A DNA stretch of 64,000 bases from a virus. Position 1 is the first letter of the stretch. Each line of letters starts with the position of its first letter. Below are positions 56,480 to 64,000 of this stretch, one piece after another. Made by a program: the position numbers and the translations under genes. The notes below the pieces were generated by a model. That model searched no databases, had not been told where the DNA came from, and saw only the letters and a list, made by a program, of their open reading frames with translations. The DNA lies in IMG/VR virus record IMGVR_UViG_3300021197_001995, positions 64,001 to 128,000 of that record, one strand, 5' to 3'.

Positions 56480-58048
56480 ATGACCACACAACTCAGCCAC
56501 GGAACTGAACTCCGCAATAAAGTTCTTGAAGGCGTAAACACTCTGGCGGATTATGTAGCAACAACGCTTGGACCAAAAGGTCAAAACGTACTCATTCACG
56601 AAAAGGGCCGAAGCCCGTTTGTGACTAAAGATGGAGTCACGGTCGCACAGAGTATAAACTTTGAAGACCCGCACGTTAATGCAGGAGCACAGGTTGTAAA
56701 GCAAGTTTCAGCCCAAACAAACGCGGAAGCTGGAGACGGTACCACCACAAGTACCGTATTAGCCAGAGAAATACTTTCTCAAGCGAACAAACACATCGCT
56801 TCAGGGGTATCTCCCATAGAAATCAAAAGAGGCCTAGAACAGTGCATGCTCGAAGCGACAGAGATAGTGAAGGAAATCTCTACACCGATCTCGTCCGTAG
56901 AAGATGTAAAGCACATCGCAACCATCTCGGCAAATAACGACGAAACTATTGGAACGCTTGTCGCCACCGCAGTAGATAAGGTAGGCAAGAACGGCTCCAT
57001 CACAATCGAAGAAGCACGTAGTCATGAAACGAGTTTAGATCTTGTGGAAGGATTTAGATTCTCTGGCGGATATGCAGCCACCGCATTTGTTACGGATGAA
57101 AGAAGGGGTGTTTGCAGATATGAGAACCCAATGTTCTTTATTACTGACTCAAAGGTAGAACAGATAAACCAAATACTGCCGGCATTAGAACTAGCAGCCC
57201 GAGAAGGGCAGCCGTTTGTTATAGTTGCAGATGAAATAGAAGGTCAAGCGCTTGCTGCACTAATTATGAATACCGTTCGAGGTTCTATGAAGGTTGTGGC
57301 AATCAAAGCGCCACACTATGGTGAGCAAAGAAGAGCGATCATGAGTGACCTAGCGGTCTCAACCGGGGCAACATTCTTCCAACAAAAGATGGGGAACAAG
57401 TTGACTGAGGTTTCTTTGAGTGATTTTGGTAAAGCAACCAGTATAGAAATCACAAAGAACATGACGACGGTTGTTGACGGGGAGGGTTCACATGAAGAAA
57501 TCGACCAGACAATTGAAAAGGTTAAGGAAGAAATCAAACAAACTGATGACATCCATGAAGCAGGGCGACTCCAAGATCGTGTTACTCGCCTCTCTTCTGG
57601 TGTTGCTATTATCCGCGTGGGTGCATCATCTCAAGTAGAGATGATAGAAAAGAAGCACCGGATTGAAGATGCGTTAGAAGCCGTCAGATCTGCTCAGAAA
57701 GAAGGAGTGGTCCCTGGAGGTGGAACCACCTTATTGCGTATCGCATCCGCCGTAGCTCCAAACTTCGTAAATGAAGACCAAGCTACAGCGCTCTCAATTT
57801 TCCGCCGGGCCCTCGCGGCACCATTCAGAAAGATGGCAAGCAATGCAGGAATGTCGCCGGAAGTAGCGATGTTGACAGTTCAGGAATGTAAAGAATCCGA
57901 GGGTATTGATTTCTCCACTGGAGACAAGGTTGACCTCTTACAGGCTGGGATTATCGACCCTGCAAAAGTAACCCGCTGCGCCCTTAAGAATGCAGTATCA
58001 GTTTCTTCCACTCTTTTATTAACTAATCATAGTATTGTACAAGGGTAG
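56480..58048 (+). CDS. groL: Chaperonin GroEL
   Basis: TLGPKG, TKDGVTVA, GDGTTT, GVVPGGG, IIDPAKV; lacks the GGM tail. Confidence 0.97.
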   Translation: MTTQLSHGTELRNKVLEGVNTLADYVATTLGPKGQNVLIHEKGRSPFVTKDGVTVAQSINFEDPHVNAGAQVVKQVSAQTNAEAGDGTTTSTVLAREILSQANKHIASGVSPIEIKRGLEQCMLEATEIVKEISTPISSVEDVKHIATISANNDETIGTLVATAVDKVGKNGSITIEEARSHETSLDLVEGFRFSGGYAATAFVTDERRGVCRYENPMFFITDSKVEQINQILPALELAAREGQPFVIVADEIEGQALAALIMNTVRGSMKVVAIKAPHYGEQRRAIMSDLAVSTGATFFQQKMGNKLTEVSLSDFGKATSIEITKNMTTVVDGEGSHEEIDQTIEKVKEEIKQTDDIHEAGRLQDRVTRLSSGVAIIRVGASSQVEMIEKKHRIEDALEAVRSAQKEGVVPGGGTTLLRIASAVAPNFVNEDQATALSIFRRALAAPFRKMASNAGMSPEVAMLTVQECKESEGIDFSTGDKVDLLQAGIIDPAKVTRCALKNAVSVSSTLLLTNHSIVQG

Positions 58049-58082
58049 TTGACTAATTAGTGATAAGCGGGAGGGCTGAATT

Positions 58083-58346
58083 ATGTTTGAACAACAGGAC
58101 ATCATGGAATTATCTAACAAAATAGACAAGGTCTGCAACGGCATAGAAGTGGTGAGAGACAAACAGGAAGAAATGTCGGAAGATGTAGCAAAAATAAAAG
58201 AGGCAGTTTATAATCCAGACAACGGTCTTTACGCTAGGCTGAGGGAACTGGAAACCTGGAAGCAAACATCATCCAGAATGATTTGGACGCTTTTTACGAC
58301 GGTTATTGGTTTAATAGGTGCCTTCGTCCTGAAGAGTATAGGGTGA
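58083..58346 (+). CDS. Coiled coil plus C-terminal TM protein (XhlA/holin-like)
   Basis: RLRELETWK followed by a hydrophobic helix; ACTAATTA at 58052. Confidence 0.55.
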   Translation: MFEQQDIMELSNKIDKVCNGIEVVRDKQEEMSEDVAKIKEAVYNPDNGLYARLRELETWKQTSSRMIWTLFTTVIGLIGAFVLKSIG

Positions 58347-58349
58347 GGC

Positions 58350-58634
58350 ATGCTGGTCGAGCTTAAAAAATTATCCATAACAAACAACGGATACAATAGA
58401 GTTATCTCTTTAGATAGGTTCTATGTGAACTCTAACAGTATTCTGTCCTTATCTGACTATTCCGGCGCTAAAGAATTTCTCCTGAAGGAGAGTCCTGAAA
58501 ACTATTCTAAAAAAGCTTATTCGATCCTGAAGTTTACCGAGGGTGCCAACATCGAAGAGATTATTGTTCTAGGAACAGCGGAAGAGCTATTTAAGGCGAT
58601 TAACGGATCCGGGAAGATGTTGTTAAATGACTGA
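58350..58634 (+). CDS. Hypothetical protein
   Basis: 94 aa coupled ORF. Confidence 0.65.
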   Translation: MLVELKKLSITNNGYNRVISLDRFYVNSNSILSLSDYSGAKEFLLKESPENYSKKAYSILKFTEGANIEEIIVLGTAEELFKAINGSGKMLLND

Positions 58635-58875
58635 TAGAATACTAATTTATGGCAGAAGCAACTGCCCTTTCTGCCTATACGCTCAGGATTTTTGCATAGC
58701 AAATAGCTTAGAGTTTAAGTTCTTGGATTATATACACGACGAAGAATTTCTAGAAGAGTGTAAGGAGTTCTATGATCACCCAACTGTTCCGATTGTTTTA
58801 TCAAACGATTTAGATTCTGGATTGGTCAAAAAAATCGGAGGCTATACTGACCTGTTAGACAGGTCAAATGAGTAA
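58627..58875 (+). CDS. Glutaredoxin
   Basis: CPFC, TVPIV, IGGYTDL. Confidence 0.92.
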   Translation: MTDRILIYGRSNCPFCLYAQDFCIANSLEFKFLDYIHDEEFLEECKEFYDHPTVPIVLSNDLDSGLVKKIGGYTDLLDRSNE

Positions 58876-59200
58876 AGAAACCCCAGTGAAAGTAGAAGTC
58901 CTTAAGACTATCTATGATGCAATGATACCAGCTTATCATCGACTAAACTCATTAACACAAGATGTAACGTCAGGAACTTACCCTTTATCTGATTCCGAGA
59001 GGGCTTCGTTGCTGGACGCAACGGCATGTGCCACCACCCTAAAAGCAATCTTTGAAGAGTACTTATCTCAGGCTCTCGAAAGTTCTGTTGATACACTCTA
59101 CTTGCCCAATGCGGAATTCAAGAGTGTATTAACTATGTCAAAAGTAGTAGAGGCGTCACAAAGAGCGACCTACTCCAACGCAGCAATTTGGTCACACTAA
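58868..59200 (+). CDS. Hypothetical protein
   Basis: 110 aa coupled ORF. Confidence 0.65.
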   Translation: MSKETPVKVEVLKTIYDAMIPAYHRLNSLTQDVTSGTYPLSDSERASLLDATACATTLKAIFEEYLSQALESSVDTLYLPNAEFKSVLTMSKVVEASQRATYSNAAIWSH

Positions 59201-59538
59201 TGTCAGTATATTTTGGCGTCTTTCTTTTTTTCTTGGGTCAAACGCTGGGATGGTTTCAGTTAAACACCCAATATTTATCAGAATGGTGGCAGAATAGGCC
59301 CATCGCAGCCGCATTCATAATGGGTGTGCCAACATCTATATCTTTTTGGTATGCCTGGAGAATTATAGTCGAAGCAACGGGGTCTGTATGGACCGCAAGA
59401 TTCATCGGCTCATCCGCAGGTTTAATACTGTTTCCTATTTTGACATGGTTCCTTCTTGGTGAATCAATGCTAACGACAAAAACCATGATCTGTTTTTCTT
59501 TGGCAGTGTTGATAATTCTAATTCAGCTTTTCTATTAA
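59200..59538 (+). CDS. Four-TM small membrane protein (SMR/DMT-like)
   Basis: Four hydrophobic helices, WFLLGE motif. Confidence 0.65.
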   Translation: MSVYFGVFLFFLGQTLGWFQLNTQYLSEWWQNRPIAAAFIMGVPTSISFWYAWRIIVEATGSVWTARFIGSSAGLILFPILTWFLLGESMLTTKTMICFSLAVLIILIQLFY

Positions 59539-59617
59539 TCTTCGTCTGAAATCAATTAAATCTTAAACCCTTAAGTTACTCCTTGACTATTTATAGTAAA
59601 AAGGTTATAATACTAGT

Positions 59618-61489
59618 ATGAACTTCAACAACACATGGCGAAACTATGTTCGCACACCAATAAAATCTAAAAACGTCATCCTGATGGAGGAGGGCTATAG
59701 GTTAGCTAACTTGTTAGCAGAAAGCAAAAAGAAACTAGCCAAGGGAAAGTTTGAAATAACAAACGAGTTCGGAGTGGTGGATATCCTAGCGACACAACTG
59801 AAAAGTCAGTTCGGGCCCCAGGGTATGTCAAAATACATAATGTTTGCCTGCAAATGTATGGAAGAATTTTATCAAAAATTTACAATCAAAAACCCAGAAG
59901 GTAAACATGTTATGAAAGACGGTTACACTGCGACGACCTTCTTTGACCAAGTGATGGGTTTAGTCACTGACTTCCATAGAAATCAGCAGAGAATCGATGA
60001 GAAAGACATAAACAAGTATACTTTTGATACCCTCACTCAAAAATTGCAAGCCTTACCGCAGTCCGCCGGCGAAAGAAAGAGGTACATGAAAGACAAAGAG
60101 TTGGCGAAAAAAGACTCAGAACTAGTCTACAGCGATAACGGCATTTTTGCTGTGCGGCCGCTCACAACACAGTCTTCGTGCTACTACGGTCAAAACCCCC
60201 GACTAACAAATTGGTGTATCTCGACGAAATCTAAACTAAATTATTTTAAAAGATACACCGAACAAGAAGGTAAAGCGTTTGTTATAGCTTATTTTTCAGG
60301 TATCCCAGAGGGCAACAAAGACCACTTGATTACTTTAGAGTTTGATCAAGACGGCGATTTAACAATGATATGGGATGCTCCAAACAAATCGCAGGATCCG
60401 GATGATATTTACGAAATCGTAGAGAGACACCTCAAGGGCTTGCAAGAAAAGGAATCTGCCGACGCTATAGCGAATTTTAGAGATGAGCCGAAGTCGATGA
60501 CAGATGCAGGATTAGAATCAAAGGCCTTCTCGATAGTAGAAGAAATTCTGAGGGAGTCAAAGGAATGGATACAACACAACCCGCCACCAGATCCTGAGCA
60601 GGCGACAGAGAGGCGCTGCCAAGAAGCAGAACGAATGGCCAACGAAGAGTACGAGTTTGTTAGTCCGCACTGGGAACTGGGAAACCGAGAACCAGGCGAA
60701 CCGCCTTCTGTTATGTTCTACGCGAACCTGGAGGTACTCTGGGACATAGACACACCGGAGTACGAGGATGCCACAGGTAACGTGTTATTGAACAAAGACT
60801 ATCGTTTCTGGAGAGACTTCGAGTCTAAATTTTCAGAGAATTTGCAAAAAATGGGCCCACCATGGTCTGACATGTCCGGAGAGGTAAACTGCTATACTGA
60901 AGATAACTATGCTAAATTGGAGCTTAGATTCGACGGGTACGATTCTTACCATGGAGAAGATGCAGAAGGTTTCGAGGCCTTTTGTGCAGAAGACTGTAGG
61001 GCCCTGGAGAACCGCGGTGCCCAGATGCAAGAGCTTATGGCAGCAATGCTGAACGCAGAGGCGGGCGTAGATAGAAACAGAGACGAAGATGAAGACGACG
61101 ATTTGCTTGAGAACAAATTCTACCAAGGCTTAGAATCACAACTACTCGGAGAAGAAAAAGGCCGTTCAAGACAGAGAGGCATTTATAAGTTCTATTGCAT
61201 GATTGCTTACAGTTTGACAGCTGAGGGAGAAAAGACTCGTGGCCTCGACGACATTTTAGCAGACATGCGCGCGCTACCAAACGTCACAATCGTTACAGTA
61301 GCTATAAGAAACCAGAAGGTAGCCGACGGCCGATACATCGCAGGTTTGGCTATAAAATTCATACCATCAACACCTGGGGACATGAACACTCCAGAAAATG
61401 TAAAAGCCCGAATAGTCAGAGACATTAAGAGGTTAGAGAACGTCCGTTCTTTGTTTAAGCTCTCTTCCGGAATTATAAGATTGGAGTAG
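59618..61489 (+). CDS. Large hypothetical protein, putative virion/internal protein
   Basis: ACTATTTA at 59586; SCYYG...WCIST domain; acidic centre. Confidence 0.7.
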   Translation: MNFNNTWRNYVRTPIKSKNVILMEEGYRLANLLAESKKKLAKGKFEITNEFGVVDILATQLKSQFGPQGMSKYIMFACKCMEEFYQKFTIKNPEGKHVMKDGYTATTFFDQVMGLVTDFHRNQQRIDEKDINKYTFDTLTQKLQALPQSAGERKRYMKDKELAKKDSELVYSDNGIFAVRPLTTQSSCYYGQNPRLTNWCISTKSKLNYFKRYTEQEGKAFVIAYFSGIPEGNKDHLITLEFDQDGDLTMIWDAPNKSQDPDDIYEIVERHLKGLQEKESADAIANFRDEPKSMTDAGLESKAFSIVEEILRESKEWIQHNPPPDPEQATERRCQEAERMANEEYEFVSPHWELGNREPGEPPSVMFYANLEVLWDIDTPEYEDATGNVLLNKDYRFWRDFESKFSENLQKMGPPWSDMSGEVNCYTEDNYAKLELRFDGYDSYHGEDAEGFEAFCAEDCRALENRGAQMQELMAAMLNAEAGVDRNRDEDEDDDLLENKFYQGLESQLLGEEKGRSRQRGIYKFYCMIAYSLTAEGEKTRGLDDILADMRALPNVTIVTVAIRNQKVADGRYIAGLAIKFIPSTPGDMNTPENVKARIVRDIKRLENVRSLFKLSSGIIRLE

Positions 61490-61490
61490 A

Positions 61491-62102
61491 ATGAAAAAAA
61501 CGCCGCAAGAGTTCAAGAGGGAAAATTTAAAAGAACTCTTAGAAAAGACACTCAAAGCTCAGTCACTAAAATTGCAACCACTAGACATAACAGTAAAAGA
61601 ATCTTGTAACAGCGATTTCACCTCTGTTAGTTTGGCCATAAGTGAAACAACTGGTGGGATACAGAGGCGCACAGAGGTAACAGAAGAGAAAGCAAAAGGT
61701 TTCGTCGACGGAATGTTCAAGGCATGCCACGCGCAATATGTTGAAGGTAGCCCTAGCTTGAGGAATCTAAGGCTTGTGGATTACCAAGTCAATCCAAGTT
61801 TCAAAAAATCAACGGCCGCCATCGGGTCTGACGCGTCAACAGAGGTGGTCATTACCGTCGACGTCATCGACCGCGGCAGCTCAGAATTTAGTTGTACATC
61901 CAGATCTATTCTTCACTCAAGTCTTGTCGCGACGCTCAACGCTTTCGAATTTTATATTAACTGCGATGGCGCCTTCGAAAAGTTGAACTTGATAATAGCT
62001 GATGCTAACGCGCGCAATCGAAGTGACATAGCACAGAAGTGCATGTTTGATCTAAGTCGACTAACCGAGGTAAATACTTATGAAAAGAAGAAGAAAAGTT
62101 GA
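61491..62102 (+). CDS. Stand-alone LeuA/CimA allosteric (regulatory) domain-like protein
   Basis: KGFVDGMFKA...LRLVDYQV...GSDASTEVVI...SILHSSLVATLNA. Confidence 0.6.
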   Translation: MKKTPQEFKRENLKELLEKTLKAQSLKLQPLDITVKESCNSDFTSVSLAISETTGGIQRRTEVTEEKAKGFVDGMFKACHAQYVEGSPSLRNLRLVDYQVNPSFKKSTAAIGSDASTEVVITVDVIDRGSSEFSCTSRSILHSSLVATLNAFEFYINCDGAFEKLNLIIADANARNRSDIAQKCMFDLSRLTEVNTYEKKKKS

Positions 62103-62166
62103 CTGGCCCACGGCGCTTGCTGCGGCGCTATTTACAGCAGCTCTGTTTCTTTGGAGAAATAATTAA
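62080..62166 (+). CDS. 28 aa single-TM micro-protein MKRRRKVDWPTALAAALFTAALFLWRNN
   Basis: GAGGT SD; basic N-terminus then hydrophobic helix. Confidence 0.5.
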   Translation: MKRRRKVDWPTALAAALFTAALFLWRNN

Positions 62167-62234
62167 CAAACACAGAAACATCCTGCTGATCTTGTGGCTC
62201 TCCTGCCTAGTTATTGTGGGGGTGCTATCTTATT

Positions 62235-62549
62235 ATGGACCAGTCCACATCGAAAATCAAAGGGCTAGCGATAGGTGATTTAGTCACTCACATTCTCTAT
62301 GGAAAAGAATGGATCGGTGTGATCCTGGAATTCAAAGAAGAGGAAGGTAAGGTCAAGCAGCGTCACGGAGAGAAAGCCCTTGTGCAAATCCAGCCAGGTA
62401 CCAAGTTCGAGGGATTTTTCGATAAGAAGGTTTCAGATGAAAATAGGATGCATGCAAACTTGGGCTTCATTTCTACAAGCTGGCTGTTTAAATTGGAGAT
62501 TAAGAATGGAAGTATTAGACCTTCACGGGACAAGACACCACCAGGTTGA
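62235..62549 (+). CDS. Hypothetical SH3/KOW-like protein
   Basis: IGDLV...WIGVI pattern; CCTAGTTA box at 62206. Confidence 0.6.
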   Translation: MDQSTSKIKGLAIGDLVTHILYGKEWIGVILEFKEEEGKVKQRHGEKALVQIQPGTKFEGFFDKKVSDENRMHANLGFISTSWLFKLEIKNGSIRPSRDKTPPG

Positions 62550-62727
62550 CGAGGCAGTCAGGAAGTTTTTAAACTTCGCGCATCTCCCGTGCCAAATAAT
62601 AACAGGGCACTCTGACGAGATGAAATCCCTCGTAGAAAAAACAGTGAGAGAGTATGGATGGTACACTAGCGAGAAAGATAGCTACAACACTGGTACTCTG
62701 ATTATAACAGAAAGAAAAAGAAAATAG
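62506..62727 (+). CDS. Stand-alone Smr-domain protein
   Basis: GGAG SD; LDLHG, IITGHS, NTGTLII. Confidence 0.8.
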   Translation: MEVLDLHGTRHHQVDEAVRKFLNFAHLPCQIITGHSDEMKSLVEKTVREYGWYTSEKDSYNTGTLIITERKRK

Positions 62728-62730
62728 TTA

Positions 62731-62759
62731 TTGACTTTTCCATGAATCTAAGCTATAAT
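62731..62759 (+). promoter_or_regulatory. Sigma70 promoter
   Basis: TTGACT-17-TATAAT. Confidence 0.85.
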
Positions 62760-62791
62760 TTATAAACAATCACAACATCAAGGAAATCTCC

Positions 62792-63721
62792 GTGAAGCAG
62801 AACTACGGCTATGCCTGTATCAACATGACATTATCCGATGTGCCCAAGTCAAAGCGCATCATGACCAACCGTTCTATGATTAAGAGAACATTTAAAGCTA
62901 AAGGTATCAAGTACGCATCAGAACTTGCGCTTGACAACATCATGGACTTGCTCAAAATTTTGAAGTGGAATGAAAAAAACGACATCAAGTTCTATCGCAT
63001 GTCCTCTGACATCTTCCCGTGGGCCTCAGAGTATGAGTACAGTTCACTTCCGGACATTGGGGAGATTAGAAGGCGCCTCAAGTTGATTGGTGAATACGCC
63101 ACGAGAAACGGCCACAGACTGACGTTTCACCCTGGGCCTTACAATTGCCTTGGCTCACCCCACAAGAACGTCGTAGAGAAGGCATACAAGGACTTAAACA
63201 TGCACTCTCGTATCTTTGACATGATGGGATTCGAACCGAGTCACTACAACAAGATAAACATTCATGTTGGCGGCACTTACGGCGACAAGGAAAAGACGGC
63301 AGCCAGATTCATCGAGAACTTCCACAGACCTGGCGGCCTCGATGAGAATACTAAGAAACGTTTCACGTTAGAAAATGACGACAAAGCTTCAATGTGGAGC
63401 ACAAAGGAGATTTATGAAAAAATTCATCACAAAACTGGAATCCCGATTGTTTTCGATTACCATCACCATAGATTCTGCACCGGAGGACTCACAGAAGGGG
63501 AAGCAGTCAAGCTCGCAGCCAGAACCTGGCCGCCCTGGATCACTCCCGTTGTTCACGTCTCGGAGTCGAAAGCTCTTGAATACGGCGACCCAAAAATTCG
63601 CAAACAAGCTCATTCAGATTTTATCGAAAGACCAGTAGATAATCATGGACAGATGCACGACATCATGTTAGAGTGCAAAAAGAAAGAGCTGGCCCTCTTG
63701 AAGCTACGCAAAGTAAAATAA
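62792..63721 (+). CDS. uvsE: UV damage endonuclease
   Basis: GYACIN, FYRMSSDIFP, HPG, IHVGG, LENDD, FDYHHH, AHSD, MLECKKKE. Confidence 0.95.
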   Translation: MKQNYGYACINMTLSDVPKSKRIMTNRSMIKRTFKAKGIKYASELALDNIMDLLKILKWNEKNDIKFYRMSSDIFPWASEYEYSSLPDIGEIRRRLKLIGEYATRNGHRLTFHPGPYNCLGSPHKNVVEKAYKDLNMHSRIFDMMGFEPSHYNKINIHVGGTYGDKEKTAARFIENFHRPGGLDENTKKRFTLENDDKASMWSTKEIYEKIHHKTGIPIVFDYHHHRFCTGGLTEGEAVKLAARTWPPWITPVVHVSESKALEYGDPKIRKQAHSDFIERPVDNHGQMHDIMLECKKKELALLKLRKVK

Positions 63722-63737
63722 AAACAATAAATAAGTA

Positions 63738-63766
63738 TTGACAAAATTATAGTAAGGTACTATAAT
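63738..63766 (+). promoter_or_regulatory. Perfect sigma70 promoter
   Basis: TTGACA-17-TATAAT. Confidence 0.88.
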
Positions 63767-63811
63767 CATTATAGATAAGCAGTTATCACAAACACAAACA
63801 AAGGAGAAAAA

Positions 63812-64000
63812 ATGACTGTAACAATTATTGACACCATCAACAATCTTGATGTAACCGACGAGACAATCGTCACACTGACATACGAAGACAAGCACGAGGG
63901 TTGGCATTCAACCGGAGACTTGGAGGAGAATGCAGTCCGAGAGACAGACACAGCAGACCGAGTCGCTGATTTAATCACCGATACCCAGCTTGCAGTAAGA
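63812..64000 (+). CDS. Hypothetical protein, truncated by window end
   Basis: AAGGAG SD, ATG 63812, frame open to the end. Confidence 0.7.
   Translation, partial: MTVTIIDTINNLDVTDETIVTLTYEDKHEGWHSTGDLEENAVRETDTADRVADLITDTQLAVR

Noticed and set aside
1-64000. Numerous minus-strand and nested ORFs in the ORF track
   Set aside because: All overlap well-supported + strand genes, lack SDs and recognisable motifs, and look like antisense shadows
1-64000. Genome-wide stop-codon reassignment
   Set aside because: Conserved genes are intact under code 11, and TAA, TAG and TGA all serve as real stops with tight gene packing

Overview
A 64 kb segment of a large T4-like (myovirus-type) phage genome. 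It is densely coding, essentially all on the + strand, and uses the standard genetic code. Left part (about 0.8-33 kb): a putative lysis/membrane cluster, then a head module (terminase, portal, prohead protease, ribosomal protein bS21, scaffold, gp23-like capsid), then neck, fibre, sheath, tube, tail chaperone, tape measure and baseplate genes. Right part (about 33-64 kb): replication and metabolism genes (mini PolA-like protein, degenerate tubulin/FtsZ-fold protein, gp32-like SSB, RecA, 5'-3' exonuclease, helicase, NrdJ, ThyX, DnaE, dUTPase, IMPDH/GMPR), plus GroES, GroEL, ClpP, glutaredoxin, Smr and UvsE. Two promoter classes are visible: consensus sigma70 promoters before replication genes, and a recurrent CTAWTTA box before virion genes (candidate late promoter). 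The most unusual items are: a myxobacterial-style Cys-repeat/vWA lipoprotein; a Cys-Cys micro-ORF with a SECIS-like hairpin, in frame with the prohead protease; a probable +1/-2 tail-chaperone frameshift; and stand-alone LeuA-regulatory, sigma-region-4 and Smr domains. No tRNA, CRISPR array, integrase, reverse transcriptase, intein or intron was seen. All family calls come from motif recognition by eye, not from database searches.
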